Sequence record: NC_049851.1
Reading direction: 5' to 3' (one strand)
Length of the DNA stretch: 64,000 bases
Of this stretch, positions 1-9,209 are shown one piece after another. Position 1 is the stretch's first letter; each line of letters opens with the position of its first letter. Under the pieces are notes generated by a model. That model was not told the origin of the DNA and ran no database searches. It saw nothing but the letters and a program-made list of their open reading frames with translations. The position numbers were made by a program, and so were the translations under genes.

Positions 1-147
1 GGTGCTCGAACTGGCGCTCGCAGAATTGCTTTTCGACAGCCATACCGCGCATGATCGTGTGGGCGAAGTGGCTGCAAAGTATGGCGTTTCTCCCTCTGAA
101 CTGGAGGAACTGCTGTTTAAGGCACTGGGCGACTAACTGAGGGGTGT

Positions 148-336
148 ATGATGACCGTCAAGAAAAGCAAGCTTTGGAGTTTGCGCCGCGACCCGAAAAC
201 GGGCGTGCTCGATTGGAAACTGGAACAGGCAGTGACCGACGACCGGGCGGCCGAATGGCTGATTGAATACGCGATGCACGAACCGAAAATCGAGTTCCGC
301 GTAAGCCCTAAGAAACCGGCCAAACCCGCCAAATGA
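148..336 (+). CDS. hypothetical protein (62 aa)
   Basis: ORF with GAGGGG RBS; packs tightly against the next ORF. Confidence 0.7.
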   Translation: MMTVKKSKLWSLRRDPKTGVLDWKLEQAVTDDRAAEWLIEYAMHEPKIEFRVSPKKPAKPAK

Positions 337-342
337 GGGGAC

Positions 343-576
343 GTGATGAAAACTACCTACATCGGACAGACTAAGGTAATCGTTCGCGGTGCGCGTTACT
401 TCCGGTTGACGGACGCGAGCGCGGACGCGGCAACCAGTGCGGAATGGGCGGACGGCGTTCTAGCGCGCCCCGCCGTCATCTACCCGAACGGCCGTAACTC
501 GCACGAAGTAGCAGGGGAGATTCTGGAACGCGCAGAAGACACGCTAATCGATTACCTGCTAGTCGTAGGCCAGTAA
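343..576 (+). CDS. hypothetical protein
   Basis: ORF with GAGGGG RBS directly after the previous stop. Confidence 0.7.
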   Translation: MMKTTYIGQTKVIVRGARYFRLTDASADAATSAEWADGVLARPAVIYPNGRNSHEVAGEILERAEDTLIDYLLVVGQ

Positions 577-731
577 TTACACGCTTACACGTAGAAACGC
601 ACGAATCCACGCGATTTTGTGCGTTTTCTCGCATGTAATTGCGTTACACGCTCGCCCGTAATGGGCTAACGTGTAATTAATTACGTGTAAGTGTGGCGCT
701 GACACAACAGTCTGTAATTAATTACAGATTG
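573..731. repeat. cluster of GTAATT(AATT)AC palindromes, operator-like
   Basis: GTAATTAC at 573-580, GTAATTAATTAC at 673-684, and TCTGTAATTAATTACAGA at 711-728, all in an ORF-free AT-rich gap. Confidence 0.6.
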
Positions 732-734
732 TGC

Positions 735-763
735 TTGCGCTCGTCCGCGCAATCCTCTATAGT
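735..763 (+). promoter_or_regulatory. sigma70-type promoter
   Basis: TTGCGC-N17-TATAGT upstream of ORF 806. Confidence 0.6.
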
Positions 764-805
764 TGAGTCACTGGATAACGCAGCACAACTAAAGGAGTAA
801 GGATC

Positions 806-961
806 ATGGCAAAGACGAACCAAACGGGCTGGCGCGTCGCACTCGAAACGCGCTTTGGTCGCGGTAACGTGCGGGTGTCGGGCGAGTGGGTGGAAGTGAA
901 GGGCGAGAGCCGGGGCGGTAACATCGTGTGGCACAAGGCGGGGCGCGTCGATGCACTCTAA
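806..961 (+). CDS. hypothetical protein (51 aa, MAKTNQTGWRVALETRFGRG...)
   Basis: read by hand; AAGGAG/AAGGA RBS; below the ORF-track cutoff. Confidence 0.7.
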   Translation: MAKTNQTGWRVALETRFGRGNVRVSGEWVEVKGESRGGNIVWHKAGRVDAL

Positions 962-1075
962 GCCACGCGTAAAGCGCGCCGATTACGGCTACGCTGTTCT
1001 TTTCGATGGTGTACACCTGACGTTCCGCACATGGGAACGCGCGATCATGTACGCTGCACGTATCACGAAAGCTGT

Positions 1076-1108
1076 AAAATAAGGGGCCCTAGCGGCCCCT
1101 TTTCTTTT
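1076..1108. terminator. bidirectional intrinsic terminator
   Basis: AAGGGGCC-CTAGC-GGCCCCTT flanked by A- and T-tracts between convergent genes. Confidence 0.75.
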
Positions 1109-1118
1109 GCGCGCTCGC

Positions 1119-1436
1119 TTACCAGTCGTGCAGGGCTGGCCCGTCCGCGTGCTCGATTTTCATCGGGGTTCCGGTCAGCTTCAACGCATGATCGAATTCA
1201 GCGAGTATCGCCATGACCGACGACAGCGGCGGATAGTCGTCATCCAGCAAGTTACCATTCTTGTCTGAGAACGAAGCACTACCCATACCCATGCAGAACG
1301 AAGCCGCACGGTTAGGGCCGCGCAGCACGCGCCGGGCTTCACGCTCTATCATGGTCAACGCGTGTTCCGTAGCCTGAGCTAACAGGCCGTCGATGACAGC
1401 CATACCAGACTTCACAACAGGGCTTGCCTTATACAT
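1119..1436 (-). CDS. hypothetical protein
   Basis: start moved to ATG 1436 (AAGGGG RBS). Confidence 0.65.
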   Translation of the reverse strand: MYKASPVVKSGMAVIDGLLAQATEHALTMIEREARRVLRGPNRAASFCMGMGSASFSDKNGNLLDDDYPPLSSVMAILAEFDHALKLTGTPMKIEHADGPALHDW

Positions 1437-1578
1437 GGTGTTCCCCTTCGATGCCCGCGCGAACGCGGTATTTTTCACGTGCACGGGCCGCGCGTGCGTC
1501 CTGCGCCGTATTCCACAGGACGACGAGCGCGACGGCACCCGCCCCATAAACGATAAATGTCGCGACGATTTGCGCCAT
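1429..1578 (-). CDS. small membrane protein (49 aa)
   Basis: N-terminal hydrophobic stretch IVATFIVYGAGAVALVVLW. Confidence 0.55.
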   Translation of the reverse strand: MAQIVATFIVYGAGAVALVVLWNTAQDARAARAREKYRVRAGIEGEHHV

Positions 1579-1595
1579 GTTAGACGATCCGGTAA

Positions 1596-1736
1596 TTAGA
1601 TGCCGAGCACGGCACGGGCCGCCAAGATGACGCGCAACGATCCCGTTACGTGCCATCCTGCCGGGTCTTTCGCTTCAACGCGCGACGCGTCCGCGTTCGT
1701 GCGGTACGTGTAGCCGTTCAATTCAAACTCCGTCAT
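1596..1736 (-). CDS. hypothetical protein (46 aa, MTEFELNGYTYRTNAD...)
   Basis: read by hand; AAGGGG RBS; fills the gap in the operon. Confidence 0.6.
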   Translation of the reverse strand: MTEFELNGYTYRTNADASRVEAKDPAGWHVTGSLRVILAARAVLGI

Positions 1737-1746
1737 TTGATGCCCC

Positions 1747-1929
1747 TTAGTCTGCGTTTTCATCGTCGCCCGTCACGTCGTCCAGCTTCTTTTGAAGGGC
1801 CGCGATTTGCTTCTGGATAGACGCCTTCAATCCCTTACCAGCCATGAGACCGGCCAGCCCGCCTATGTAGCTGCGCGGATCGTTTTCCAGCTTCTCAATG
1901 GCATCAATCAGTTCGTTGATGGTCATCAC
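1747..1929 (-). CDS. hypothetical protein
   Basis: first ORF downstream of the promoter element at 1980. Confidence 0.7.
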   Translation of the reverse strand: MMTINELIDAIEKLENDPRSYIGGLAGLMAGKGLKASIQKQIAALQKKLDDVTGDDENAD

Positions 1930-2032
1930 TGCCCCTTGCTTGTTGAATCGATGAGTGAATCATACACGATAAATAAGCCCGTCAACAATACCCGACCGAT
2001 ACTCGGGGTTATTATGCATGCGGGCCCGCGTG

Positions 2033-2041
2033 TGCTATGAT
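2033..2041 (+). promoter_or_regulatory. extended -10 promoter, divergent partner of the 1980 element
   Basis: TG-C-TATGAT upstream of the plus-strand operon 2072-3093. Confidence 0.55.
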
Positions 2042-2071
2042 TCGTACATCAACCAACTAAGCGAGTCAGAC

Positions 2072-2284
2072 ATGATCCTAGCAATGGTCAACGCAGCACG
2101 TCGCCGGGGTGGTAACGCTCAGGCAGTAGTGGCGAACGCGTATGAACGCGCATGCGAGTGGGTTGCGGATTGTGGCGGCGACGTGCGGGAATGGTTCGTG
2201 TATGAGGTGCGATGCGTGACCGATTTCGACGGCGCGGATCGTGAGACGTGCGATTGGCTCGCGCAACAATTACAGGAAATGTGA
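2072..2284 (+). CDS. hypothetical protein
   Basis: start moved to ATG 2072 after the promoter. Confidence 0.6.
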   Translation: MILAMVNAARRRGGNAQAVVANAYERACEWVADCGGDVREWFVYEVRCVTDFDGADRETCDWLAQQLQEM

Positions 2285-2398
2285 ATGATCGTCGTTAAGG
2301 TAGTGTTGTGTGCATGGGTCGGATACTGCGCCTATGCAATGGCCCGCGATATCTGGCGCGAGTATGCGCCGCGTGCGCGCACGCGCAAGGGGGCTTAA
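2285..2398 (+). CDS. small membrane protein (37 aa)
   Basis: read by hand: MIVVKVVLCAWVGYCAYAMARDIWREY...; AGGA RBS. Confidence 0.5.
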   Translation: MIVVKVVLCAWVGYCAYAMARDIWREYAPRARTRKGA

Positions 2399-2400
2399 CC

Positions 2401-2688
2401 ATGGCTCGTTCACTGGTAGGAACAGCAGCAAAGGGCAAGGGCGAACCTGCACGCCCGGCCGCGCCGACCGAATGGGAAGTGTTCTGTAAAGTCTGGCGCG
2501 ATCACTTCGGGGATACGAGCCCGACGCGTGCTGCGTTCGACCTGTGGCAATTGTCGCGTAAGCGTGCACTCGGGCAGGCGGCGCGACTCCATAGCCAATG
2601 GGCGGGAATGTGCCCGGCAGGATCGGGCCGCGCCTACAATCATTCGCTGTATGCGAGCGCGATTACCGACCTATACAAGGATGAATAA
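2401..2688 (+). CDS. hypothetical protein
   Basis: AAGGGGG RBS; operon packing. Confidence 0.65.
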   Translation: MARSLVGTAAKGKGEPARPAAPTEWEVFCKVWRDHFGDTSPTRAAFDLWQLSRKRALGQAARLHSQWAGMCPAGSGRAYNHSLYASAITDLYKDE

Positions 2689-2689
2689 C

Positions 2690-2866
2690 ATGCAGGTTAA
2701 GATACAGCCGACGACCGGGGGCCGCGTTCGTGTCGTCATCGCGAGCGGCTATCGTGCGGGCGCATTCGTGTGTCACGCCTCATCCGATTTCCCTGTCGTC
2801 TGGCCCGACGTAGACGCGGCTAAGACATGGTGCGCGATGACAGGCTATGAGGTAGTGGCACCATGA
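2690..2866 (+). CDS. hypothetical protein
   Basis: AAGGA RBS; ATGA overlap with the next ORF. Confidence 0.6.
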   Translation: MQVKIQPTTGGRVRVVIASGYRAGAFVCHASSDFPVVWPDVDAAKTWCAMTGYEVVAP

Positions 2867-3093
2867 CCGCGCGCACGTCTAAGCCGGTCTCCGTACGCGT
2901 GAAGCGGAATATCTGGGGCAATTGGAACGCGTATGAAGGCGTGCACCATGTACGCGAGCTAGGCGCGTCCGAATTCATGGCCCGTGAATGGTTGCACGAA
3001 CGCATGTCACGCGGGGATTGCGTGCTGTCTCCATCGTCGGACGTGAACCAGACGGAGTTAGACGAGCACAGGCGGCGCGTGTACGGATCATGA
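2863..3093 (+). CDS. hypothetical protein, similar to the N-terminus of 7667..8368
   Basis: GAGG RBS; ends at the terminator. Confidence 0.7.
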   Translation: MTARTSKPVSVRVKRNIWGNWNAYEGVHHVRELGASEFMAREWLHERMSRGDCVLSPSSDVNQTELDEHRRRVYGS

Positions 3094-3094
3094 G

Positions 3095-3116
3095 AAAAGG
3101 GGCCTAGGCCCCCTTT
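3095..3116. terminator. bidirectional intrinsic terminator
   Basis: AAAAGGGGCC-TA-GGCCCCCTTT between convergent genes. Confidence 0.75.
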
Positions 3117-3123
3117 CGTTCGT

Positions 3124-3318
3124 CTACAGCCCGATTGCGATAGCGTGTGCGGCCGCCCGCTTGTCATCGTCGCGTGTCCATACGTCCGGCCCCGTGTTGC
3201 GATAGATCGTGTTATAGGTGTCGAGCCCGAATTTATCGCCCATGTACCGGAACACGATCAATTCGCCCAGATCGCCCGCCCGTTCATGCACGGGCTTTGC
3301 TTTCACCTTGGCTTGCAT
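3124..3318 (-). CDS. hypothetical protein
   Basis: ORF with RBS, ends at the terminator. Confidence 0.65.
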   Translation of the reverse strand: MQAKVKAKPVHERAGDLGELIVFRYMGDKFGLDTYNTIYRNTGPDVWTRDDDKRAAAHAIAIGL

Positions 3319-3327
3319 AGAGCCCCC

Positions 3328-3537
3328 TTATCGAGCCCATGCGGCACGGGCGCGGGCCATCACTTCCGCTTCGTCGTAACCCATGACCGGGGCAATCCCG
3401 ACACGTGCGCATGCTGCACGCAACGCCTTGCGCTGTGCGCCCAGCGTGCTGCACATAGCGGGCACGACATGCCCCGCGTTCGTGAGTGCTATGCGGGTTT
3501 GTGCGATGTTCAGCGTGTTCGTTGCGATGCGGGCCAT
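3328..3537 (-). CDS. hypothetical protein
   Basis: AAGGGG RBS downstream of promoter 3596. Confidence 0.7.
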   Translation of the reverse strand: MARIATNTLNIAQTRIALTNAGHVVPAMCSTLGAQRKALRAACARVGIAPVMGYDEAEVMARARAAWAR

Positions 3538-3624
3538 GGTGTTCCCCTTCGGGTTTGTTGAACGTGCACAAATGATAAAGGCCCCGATTGGGGCCTGTCA
3601 ACAATACCTTAGTGAAATGCTGGG

Positions 3625-3801
3625 TTATACGCGTTCGACGTATTGCCCCGAACGATAGGCGCGCGTTTCCTCTACGCGCCCATAGAATTCCAGATCGAAC
3701 GTTACGATTCCGTTCGCGTCATAGACGAACAGGACAAGGGCCCGCGCCCCGTCGATTTTCAGCGTATCGCCCGCTTGCACGTCCCGCGCTCTTACTTGCA
3801 T
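3625..3801 (-). CDS. hypothetical protein (58 aa, MQVRARDVQAGDTLKIDG...)
   Basis: read by hand; GAGGT RBS; TAA lies inside the 27-bp box. Confidence 0.65.
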   Translation of the reverse strand: MQVRARDVQAGDTLKIDGARALVLFVYDANGIVTFDLEFYGRVEETRAYRSGQYVERV

Positions 3802-3847
3802 GGTGTATCACCTCTAGGTGAATGCGGGGCCGGGCGGCCCCGCATGG

Positions 3848-4492
3848 TTAGATATACTGGCGTTGCTTGTAGCTCAGGGGGCTTGCATACTTCGGGGCCG
3901 GGTCGAGCAGCCAAGTGCGGATTTGATCGGCGCAAGACTTGCGGAACGCAGACCGGAAATTACGCGTGCGCAGCAGCGTAACGCATGCCGGGTATTGATC
4001 GCCCATCGCATCACGCAGAGCCGCCACACGTTCGACCGCGCACCCGATTTCGGCCGCAAGCGCCGCATCGGCCGCCGCTTGCTCTGCTGCCTTGCGCGCG
4101 GCTTCCGCTTCGCGCTGGGCCTGTGCTTCCGCCGCACGCTGGGCTTTCCATGCTTCGTGCGCTGCCTGCACTTCGGGCGTCGCGTCCGGCTTAGAGCCGT
4201 AGCATGGATACGACCAGCCCCGAGTCGTCGCAAAGAGAATGTCTTCGCGACAGCCCTTTTCAGGGTTCCAGACGGCCATATACCAATCGGAATCATCGTA
4301 TCCGTTACGCTCGTAATCGAACAGGCAGAGACCTACATGCGACAGGCTAATGGTTACGTGATTCGATTCCGACATGGCACCGCCATTGTAGGCATACGAG
4401 TGTGCTTCGGCCGCGTCCGGATACCACGGCGTGTAATCGCCTTCCGCGCTGTACACCTTCCCGCCCTTTGCCTCAAGATTGATGATTGCCAT
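3848..4492 (-). CDS. hypothetical phage protein (214 aa)
   Basis: long ORF after promoter 4551; Ala/Glu coiled segment. Confidence 0.8.
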   Translation of the reverse strand: MAIINLEAKGGKVYSAEGDYTPWYPDAAEAHSYAYNGGAMSESNHVTISLSHVGLCLFDYERNGYDDSDWYMAVWNPEKGCREDILFATTRGWSYPCYGSKPDATPEVQAAHEAWKAQRAAEAQAQREAEAARKAAEQAAADAALAAEIGCAVERVAALRDAMGDQYPACVTLLRTRNFRSAFRKSCADQIRTWLLDPAPKYASPLSYKQRQYI

Positions 4493-4583
4493 TTCGTTCC
4501 CCGTCTGGGTTTGTTGAGCATGTACAAATGATAGCGGCCCCGATTGGGGCCGTCAACAATAACCCTTCACTTTATGGGGTTAT

Positions 4584-4787
4584 TCAGTAGGCGAGCAGAT
4601 CGCGCAGCGCATCGCGGTTTTTCGACATATGGTCGATGATCGCGAGCCGTTCGCGTAACCCGATATTGCGGAACGCGGGGCACCCGTCGAGCAGATCGCC
4701 CAGCAAACCGTCCCGATATTCGAGTGCCTTTTCCATGGTGTCGAATTGCTTGCCGCGCGTTACATAGACCCTCTTTTCTTCGATCAC
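4584..4787 (-). CDS. hypothetical protein
   Basis: AGGGGG RBS; stop overlaps the box. Confidence 0.7.
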   Translation of the reverse strand: MIEEKRVYVTRGKQFDTMEKALEYRDGLLGDLLDGCPAFRNIGLRERLAIIDHMSKNRDALRDLLAY

Positions 4788-4803
4788 GATAAATCCCCCT
4801 GTG

Positions 4804-4980
4804 TTATGCGAGCCAGACAGCCAGCGATGCGACGCTGGAAAGCGTGGTACGGGCCGAACGGTGCGCCTTGTGCCACGCAGCGCGAGCCGTGCGCGCCGGG
4901 TGCGCCCAGTTAGCGCGATCCGCGTAGAGTGCGCACGCCAGCTTATAGCGTTCGTCGCGCAATTGTTCGATAGTGTGCAT
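4804..4980 (-). CDS. hypothetical protein (58 aa)
   Basis: read by hand; AAGGA RBS. Confidence 0.5.
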   Translation of the reverse strand: MHTIEQLRDERYKLACALYADRANWAHPARTARAAWHKAHRSARTTLSSVASLAVWLA

Positions 4981-5026
4981 GATGGTGTTTCCTTGTGGCG
5001 GGGCGCACTGCGCCCCCCTGTCTGGT

Positions 5027-5245
5027 TTAGCTGCGATCCATGATGAAGCGCGAGACAGCGCGGGGCGTGTTCAGACGAACCGTTTCGTATTCCGTCCGGA
5101 CAGCCGCGCCGTTATAGACGCGCACGGGGTCTTGCACTTCGATAGAACCGTCCTGCATGGATGCGACCGTGTAGCCGTCACGTTCCAGAATTGCCACGTA
5201 GGGCTTCATTGCGTGGAACAGTTCGATTGCGTTAGCTTGTGGCAT
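5027..5245 (-). CDS. hypothetical protein
   Basis: GGAG RBS after promoter 5305. Confidence 0.7.
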   Translation of the reverse strand: MPQANAIELFHAMKPYVAILERDGYTVASMQDGSIEVQDPVRVYNGAAVRTEYETVRLNTPRAVSRFIMDRS

Positions 5246-5336
5246 GGTGCTGACTCCGTGCGCTGCGTTGAAAGTGATTCCATTATGGGGCGTGTTCGAC
5301 GCCCCGTCAACAGTACCCGACTAAAACGCGGGGTCT

Positions 5337-5501
5337 TTAAACCGCTGCCAGTTCATCCGCCCGGAAGTGACCGCGCACGCCGTAGCGATTTTCGCAGACA
5401 ATGAACTCACCCTCGAAGCCGATAACGCGGATCGTTGCGGCATTGACGCCCGTAAGGATGCGAGCGCGAACAGCTTGATTGAGTGCGAATGCGTGTTTCA
5501 T
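5337..5501 (-). CDS. hypothetical protein
   Basis: start moved to ATG 5501; TAA abuts the box. Confidence 0.65.
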   Translation of the reverse strand: MKHAFALNQAVRARILTGVNAATIRVIGFEGEFIVCENRYGVRGHFRADELAAV

Positions 5502-5576
5502 TTCGTTGTCCTGATTGATTGAGGTATGGGCTAGATTATGACGGGGCTTTCTCACCACGTCAACACCTATTTTCGA

Positions 5577-5855
5577 TTATTCTGCGTCCGTGTCCGCTTG
5601 TTTGACGAGGTAGCCCCAGCCTTTGTAATCCGGATCGGTTTCCGCACGATAGAACCCTTCCGCCGCCAGTGCCGACAGGTGCCCGGCCCATTGGTTCGCG
5701 TTCATCACGTCGCGCACGCTGTCATACGCTGCATGCAGTTCGATTGCGCCGCTCTTATGTTCGCGTGCTTCGATCATGAGTGCCAGCTTTGCGCAGAGTG
5801 CCAGATTGCCCGCGCGCTTTGCGATCTTGAGGCAGTGACGAGCGACTTTCGACAT
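5577..5855 (-). CDS. hypothetical protein
   Basis: start moved to ATG 5855 (CCGGAG RBS). Confidence 0.7.
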   Translation of the reverse strand: MSKVARHCLKIAKRAGNLALCAKLALMIEAREHKSGAIELHAAYDSVRDVMNANQWAGHLSALAAEGFYRAETDPDYKGWGYLVKQADTDAE

Positions 5856-6002
5856 GATGAACTCCGGTTTCTGGTTAGCGGTTCGTCGTGAACCAATGAA
5901 CGTATAGTAACACGCGAAAAGGGGCGTGCGCAATAACCCTATTTTCTGTAGGGTTATTGCGTCACGCCCCCCCTGAAACGGAGTCGTTATTCTGTGCCCG
6001 TC

Positions 6003-6332
6003 TTAGGTAGCGAGCGCGAGCGCGAGCCGTGCACGTGTGCGCCAGTACGTAAGCGCGGGGCCTAGCTCGTCGGGCTGGCGCGGGCTCAGCACATACTGAT
6101 GCTGCTTATGCTCGTCGTGCAGCATCGCCCGCGCTGTATCGTCCCAAAGCTGGGAAAGTGCCTCTAGGCGTTCCACCTGCCGTATTGCATACTCGTAATC
6201 GCGCCGACGCTGGAGAGCCCTACGACGAGCCGCTACGTGTTTCCGGTCGAGTGCCGGGGCGTGCCCCGCCCCGATAGTACGGTCGAATATCGCGCCCAGT
6301 TCGGCCCGGCTCTTACCCGGATAATCAGCCAT
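6003..6332 (-). CDS. hypothetical protein
   Basis: overlaps the stop of the previous gene. Confidence 0.65.
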   Translation of the reverse strand: MADYPGKSRAELGAIFDRTIGAGHAPALDRKHVAARRRALQRRRDYEYAIRQVERLEALSQLWDDTARAMLHDEHKQHQYVLSPRQPDELGPALTYWRTRARLALALAT

Positions 6333-6618
6333 TTTCCGCCCCTTTCTCTACGTAATCGAGCCCTACAACGCAGCACGTGCGCGCGTCAACGATGCTATCG
6401 TCTTCGGCAAACGTGAATGCCGGGTGATCCGTATGCGGGTTGATCGTAACACCCGTAACCGTGTTGATGACTTCCCCGCCCCGGAATTTGTTGCCGCTGC
6501 GCTTGATGACGCGACGGCCGATAACTGCCGTGTAGTCGTCCGGATCGTCGCCCCATTCCGGGGTAATCTGGATTGCGCTGTACTTGCGCAGCAGCGCGCG
6601 TGTTTTCTTGTAGGCCAT
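6325..6618 (-). CDS. hypothetical phage protein
   Basis: AAGGG RBS; operon packing. Confidence 0.7.
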   Translation of the reverse strand: MAYKKTRALLRKYSAIQITPEWGDDPDDYTAVIGRRVIKRSGNKFRGGEVINTVTGVTINPHTDHPAFTFAEDDSIVDARTCCVVGLDYVEKGAENG

Positions 6619-6627
6619 GCGCCGCCC

Positions 6628-7044
6628 TTACGCGTAGACGATGCGCCCGAGCGCCGCCGCCTGCATGATGACATCGGCCGTATCCGCATCGATGTGCGCC
6701 GTATCGCCTTCACGAATCGCGTGCAGGATCGCCGCCGCATAGTGCGGGGCCGCTTGTGCGTGGTCTGCCTTGTCGGTCATGTCCCCGAGCAACACCCGGC
6801 GCATGCCTTCCGCGATTTCGGCCGTCCCGATTTCGCACGTGCTCAGGGGTGTATCGCCGTCCCCGAACTCGTCCACGCGCAGGCGATCCGGATACGTGAT
6901 TTCGTGCTCGTCGGGTTCGGTGCGCTTCGTCACGTCGAATTCGCCCCAGTTCGGGGAGTAGCCCGTAATCGCCATATCGATGACTTCACGGCAGAATTGC
7001 GCGCTCACGTCGAGCGTAAGCGGAATCAAGTGGCTTTTGGTCAT
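6628..7044 (-). CDS. acidic hypothetical protein
   Basis: start moved to ATG 7044 (CCGGAG RBS). Confidence 0.75.
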   Translation of the reverse strand: MTKSHLIPLTLDVSAQFCREVIDMAITGYSPNWGEFDVTKRTEPDEHEITYPDRLRVDEFGDGDTPLSTCEIGTAEIAEGMRRVLLGDMTDKADHAQAAPHYAAAILHAIREGDTAHIDADTADVIMQAAALGRIVYA

Positions 7045-7078
7045 GATGTACTCCGGTTCGTTGCGTGGTATGTGGGTG

Positions 7079-7330
7079 TTACTGCGTGTCGCTGTCGTCG
7101 TGTTCCGTGCCGTCGTCGCCCGCGCTGTCGTCGTCTGCAAACTGCCCGAGCACGTAATCATTCGCGAGCCCGATAATCCGGTCTTCCGCGTCTTCCGCAT
7201 CCATGCCGTGCAGTTCGTCGGCCGTGAACAGGATAACCGCGTAGCCCCGCGCCTTCAGACCGCGCAGCATCGCGATTTCTTCGGGCGTCAGGTCGTTTTG
7301 TGCTGCGTTCGTGTTCGTTGCGTCGGTCAT
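7079..7330 (-). CDS. acidic hypothetical protein
   Basis: start moved to ATG 7330 (ACGGAG RBS). Confidence 0.7.
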   Translation of the reverse strand: MTDATNTNAAQNDLTPEEIAMLRGLKARGYAVILFTADELHGMDAEDAEDRIIGLANDYVLGQFADDDSAGDDGTEHDDSDTQ

Positions 7331-7382
7331 GATGTACTCCGTTATGTAATCGATGGGGGCCGCGCTAGGCCCCTTGGTTTGG

Positions 7383-7580
7383 TTACTGTGCCGCTTTCTT
7401 CGCCTTGTCTGCGGCCCGTGCACGTCGGCAATGTTCGCATTGCTCGCCCGGCTGTGCCGCATCAAAGAACGGGCCCGACACAAGGCCGTTAAGCGTGTCG
7501 CGCTTTTGATAGCCGCGCGCATAGCAAAGCGTCATCGTTGCGCCATTCTTGAATTTAGCTACCACGTGAAGCTTTGCCAT
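7383..7580 (-). CDS. hypothetical protein with a CxxC pair
   Basis: AGGGG RBS after promoter 7638. Confidence 0.65.
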   Translation of the reverse strand: MAKLHVVAKFKNGATMTLCYARGYQKRDTLNGLVSGPFFDAAQPGEQCEHCRRARAADKAKKAAQ

Positions 7581-7666
7581 TTTGCGCCCCTGCGTTTCGT
7601 TGATCGATGGCTCTATTCTGGGGCCCGCGTTTCGGGCTGTCAACAATACCCGACTAAAACGCGGGG

Positions 7667-8368
7667 TTATTTGGTCGGATGCCGGTCGATACAGGCTTGC
7701 GCTGCCTCGTCTACCGTGTCGAACAGGCCCGAATCCTCAACCCAGAATCGCGCGCTGTAACGATAGTTGTCGCCGATAGGCTGAATCGCGAATCCCAGTT
7801 CACTGCACTGCGTAATCAGGCTCTGTGTATGCTGTTCGGCATCGCGCTTGCGTTGCACGTCGAAATGCGCGCGCATCAGTTCCCGAACGAGCCCGGTTCG
7901 CGCGCTGTCCATCGTCTGAAACGGGCCCGCGATGTTACGCTGTGCCGTTACGTCGAACACGTAGAAAGGCGCGTCGCGGCCGTCGCCCTGTAGCGTGCCA
8001 TCGTCGGCCGTGCCGTCGATTACCAGACAGTTACCGTCGGCCGTGTAGCCGGTGCGCGCTTCGTCCAGTTCGCGAGCCTTTGCGCTCGCGCGCTTAACGG
8101 CCGCCCATGCGGTCGGGGCGGGGGCTGCTGCATCTTCCGTCTTCGCGACCGGTTCGGCATCCACGCGCGGCTGATGGTAGCGGCTGACAGCTTCCGCAAC
8201 CTGTGCGGCGTCGATTTCCGACGCGGCGGACACCACGTGACCCTGTTCGATCAATTCGGCCATATAGCAGCAGACAGCCATTTCGCTATCGCCTTGCGGA
8301 TGCGCGGTGCGGCCGATGTAGACGATCCAGTTACCGTGCATGTTCTTGCGTGCGCGAATCAGGGACAT
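7667..8368 (-). CDS. multi-module hypothetical protein (233 aa)
   Basis: GGAG RBS after promoter 8427; TAA inside the box. Confidence 0.8.
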   Translation of the reverse strand: MSLIRARKNMHGNWIVYIGRTAHPQGDSEMAVCCYMAELIEQGHVVSAASEIDAAQVAEAVSRYHQPRVDAEPVAKTEDAAAPAPTAWAAVKRASAKARELDEARTGYTADGNCLVIDGTADDGTLQGDGRDAPFYVFDVTAQRNIAGPFQTMDSARTGLVRELMRAHFDVQRKRDAEQHTQSLITQCSELGFAIQPIGDNYRYSARFWVEDSGLFDTVDEAAQACIDRHPTK

Positions 8369-8458
8369 GATGCTAACTCCGTGTGTTGTGTGTCGATGTG
8401 TGTATTCTGGGGCCTATAGTCGGCCCCGTCAACTATTCCCGAGTAAATCACTCAGGTA

Positions 8459-8674
8459 TCACATAGTGCGTTGCCGTGTGTAGAGCACGCGGTTAATGTC
8501 GTCGCGGATGCACACACGATAGGGGCCGTCGCGTTCCACTATGTAGGCCCGCCACTTGTGAATTACGATCGTTCGCGCGCATCCATAGGTGATCATCTTG
8601 TGTTCACCTTCGTCCGCGATCATTTGCGCGTCCTCTTCCGCCAGCTTGGCGGGGCCGTCGTCGTTCGTGCTCAC
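8459..8674 (-). CDS. hypothetical protein
   Basis: GTG start with GGGGG RBS; stop overlaps the box. Confidence 0.5.
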   Translation of the reverse strand: MSTNDDGPAKLAEEDAQMIADEGEHKMITYGCARTIVIHKWRAYIVERDGPYRVCIRDDINRVLYTRQRTM

Positions 8675-8685
8675 GGTCGCCCCCG

Positions 8686-9123
8686 CTAGATGAGTGTCTG
8701 AGGATCGACGCCATGCGCCGCGCCTATGCGCTCGCGAGCGGCCCGGCTCGCCTCGTATTCCACGCGACAGAACTCGCTGAACTCGCGACCGACGAGGCGC
8801 GCGGCTATCGCCTCGTCCTGCCGTTCCTCGTATGCAGCGCGTTCGGGGCTTGCCGCATATTCTGCCTGAGCGGCGGCCCGTGCTTCTGTCGCGTGTTCGG
8901 CCTGCACGCGGTTCAATTCGATCCGTGCGCGTTCCGTGTTCAGCGTCAGGCACGACAGCGCGTAGAACAGGCTTTCCCCTGTCTCCGTCACGTCAACGCG
9001 CCACGTGCTCAGGTAGCCCGTGCGCCCGCAACAATCGCACTTGGTGACTGTTCCGGTCGGGCCAATGATTCGAAACCCCGTTTCCGCGATGGTGCGTGCG
9101 CGTTCTGCCTTTTCGTCGTCCAT
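8686..9123 (-). CDS. hypothetical protein with a putative Zn site (CDCCGR...SC)
   Basis: AAGGGG RBS; Cys cluster. Confidence 0.75.
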   Translation of the reverse strand: MDDEKAERARTIAETGFRIIGPTGTVTKCDCCGRTGYLSTWRVDVTETGESLFYALSCLTLNTERARIELNRVQAEHATEARAAAQAEYAASPERAAYEERQDEAIAARLVGREFSEFCRVEYEASRAARERIGAAHGVDPQTLI

Positions 9124-9209
9124 AGCAATTCCCCTTTCCTGTGATTGGTGAGTGTGTCAATCTCAGTATAGGATGCACGCGCGAAAAGCAAAGGCGCACG
9201 TGATCCCGG

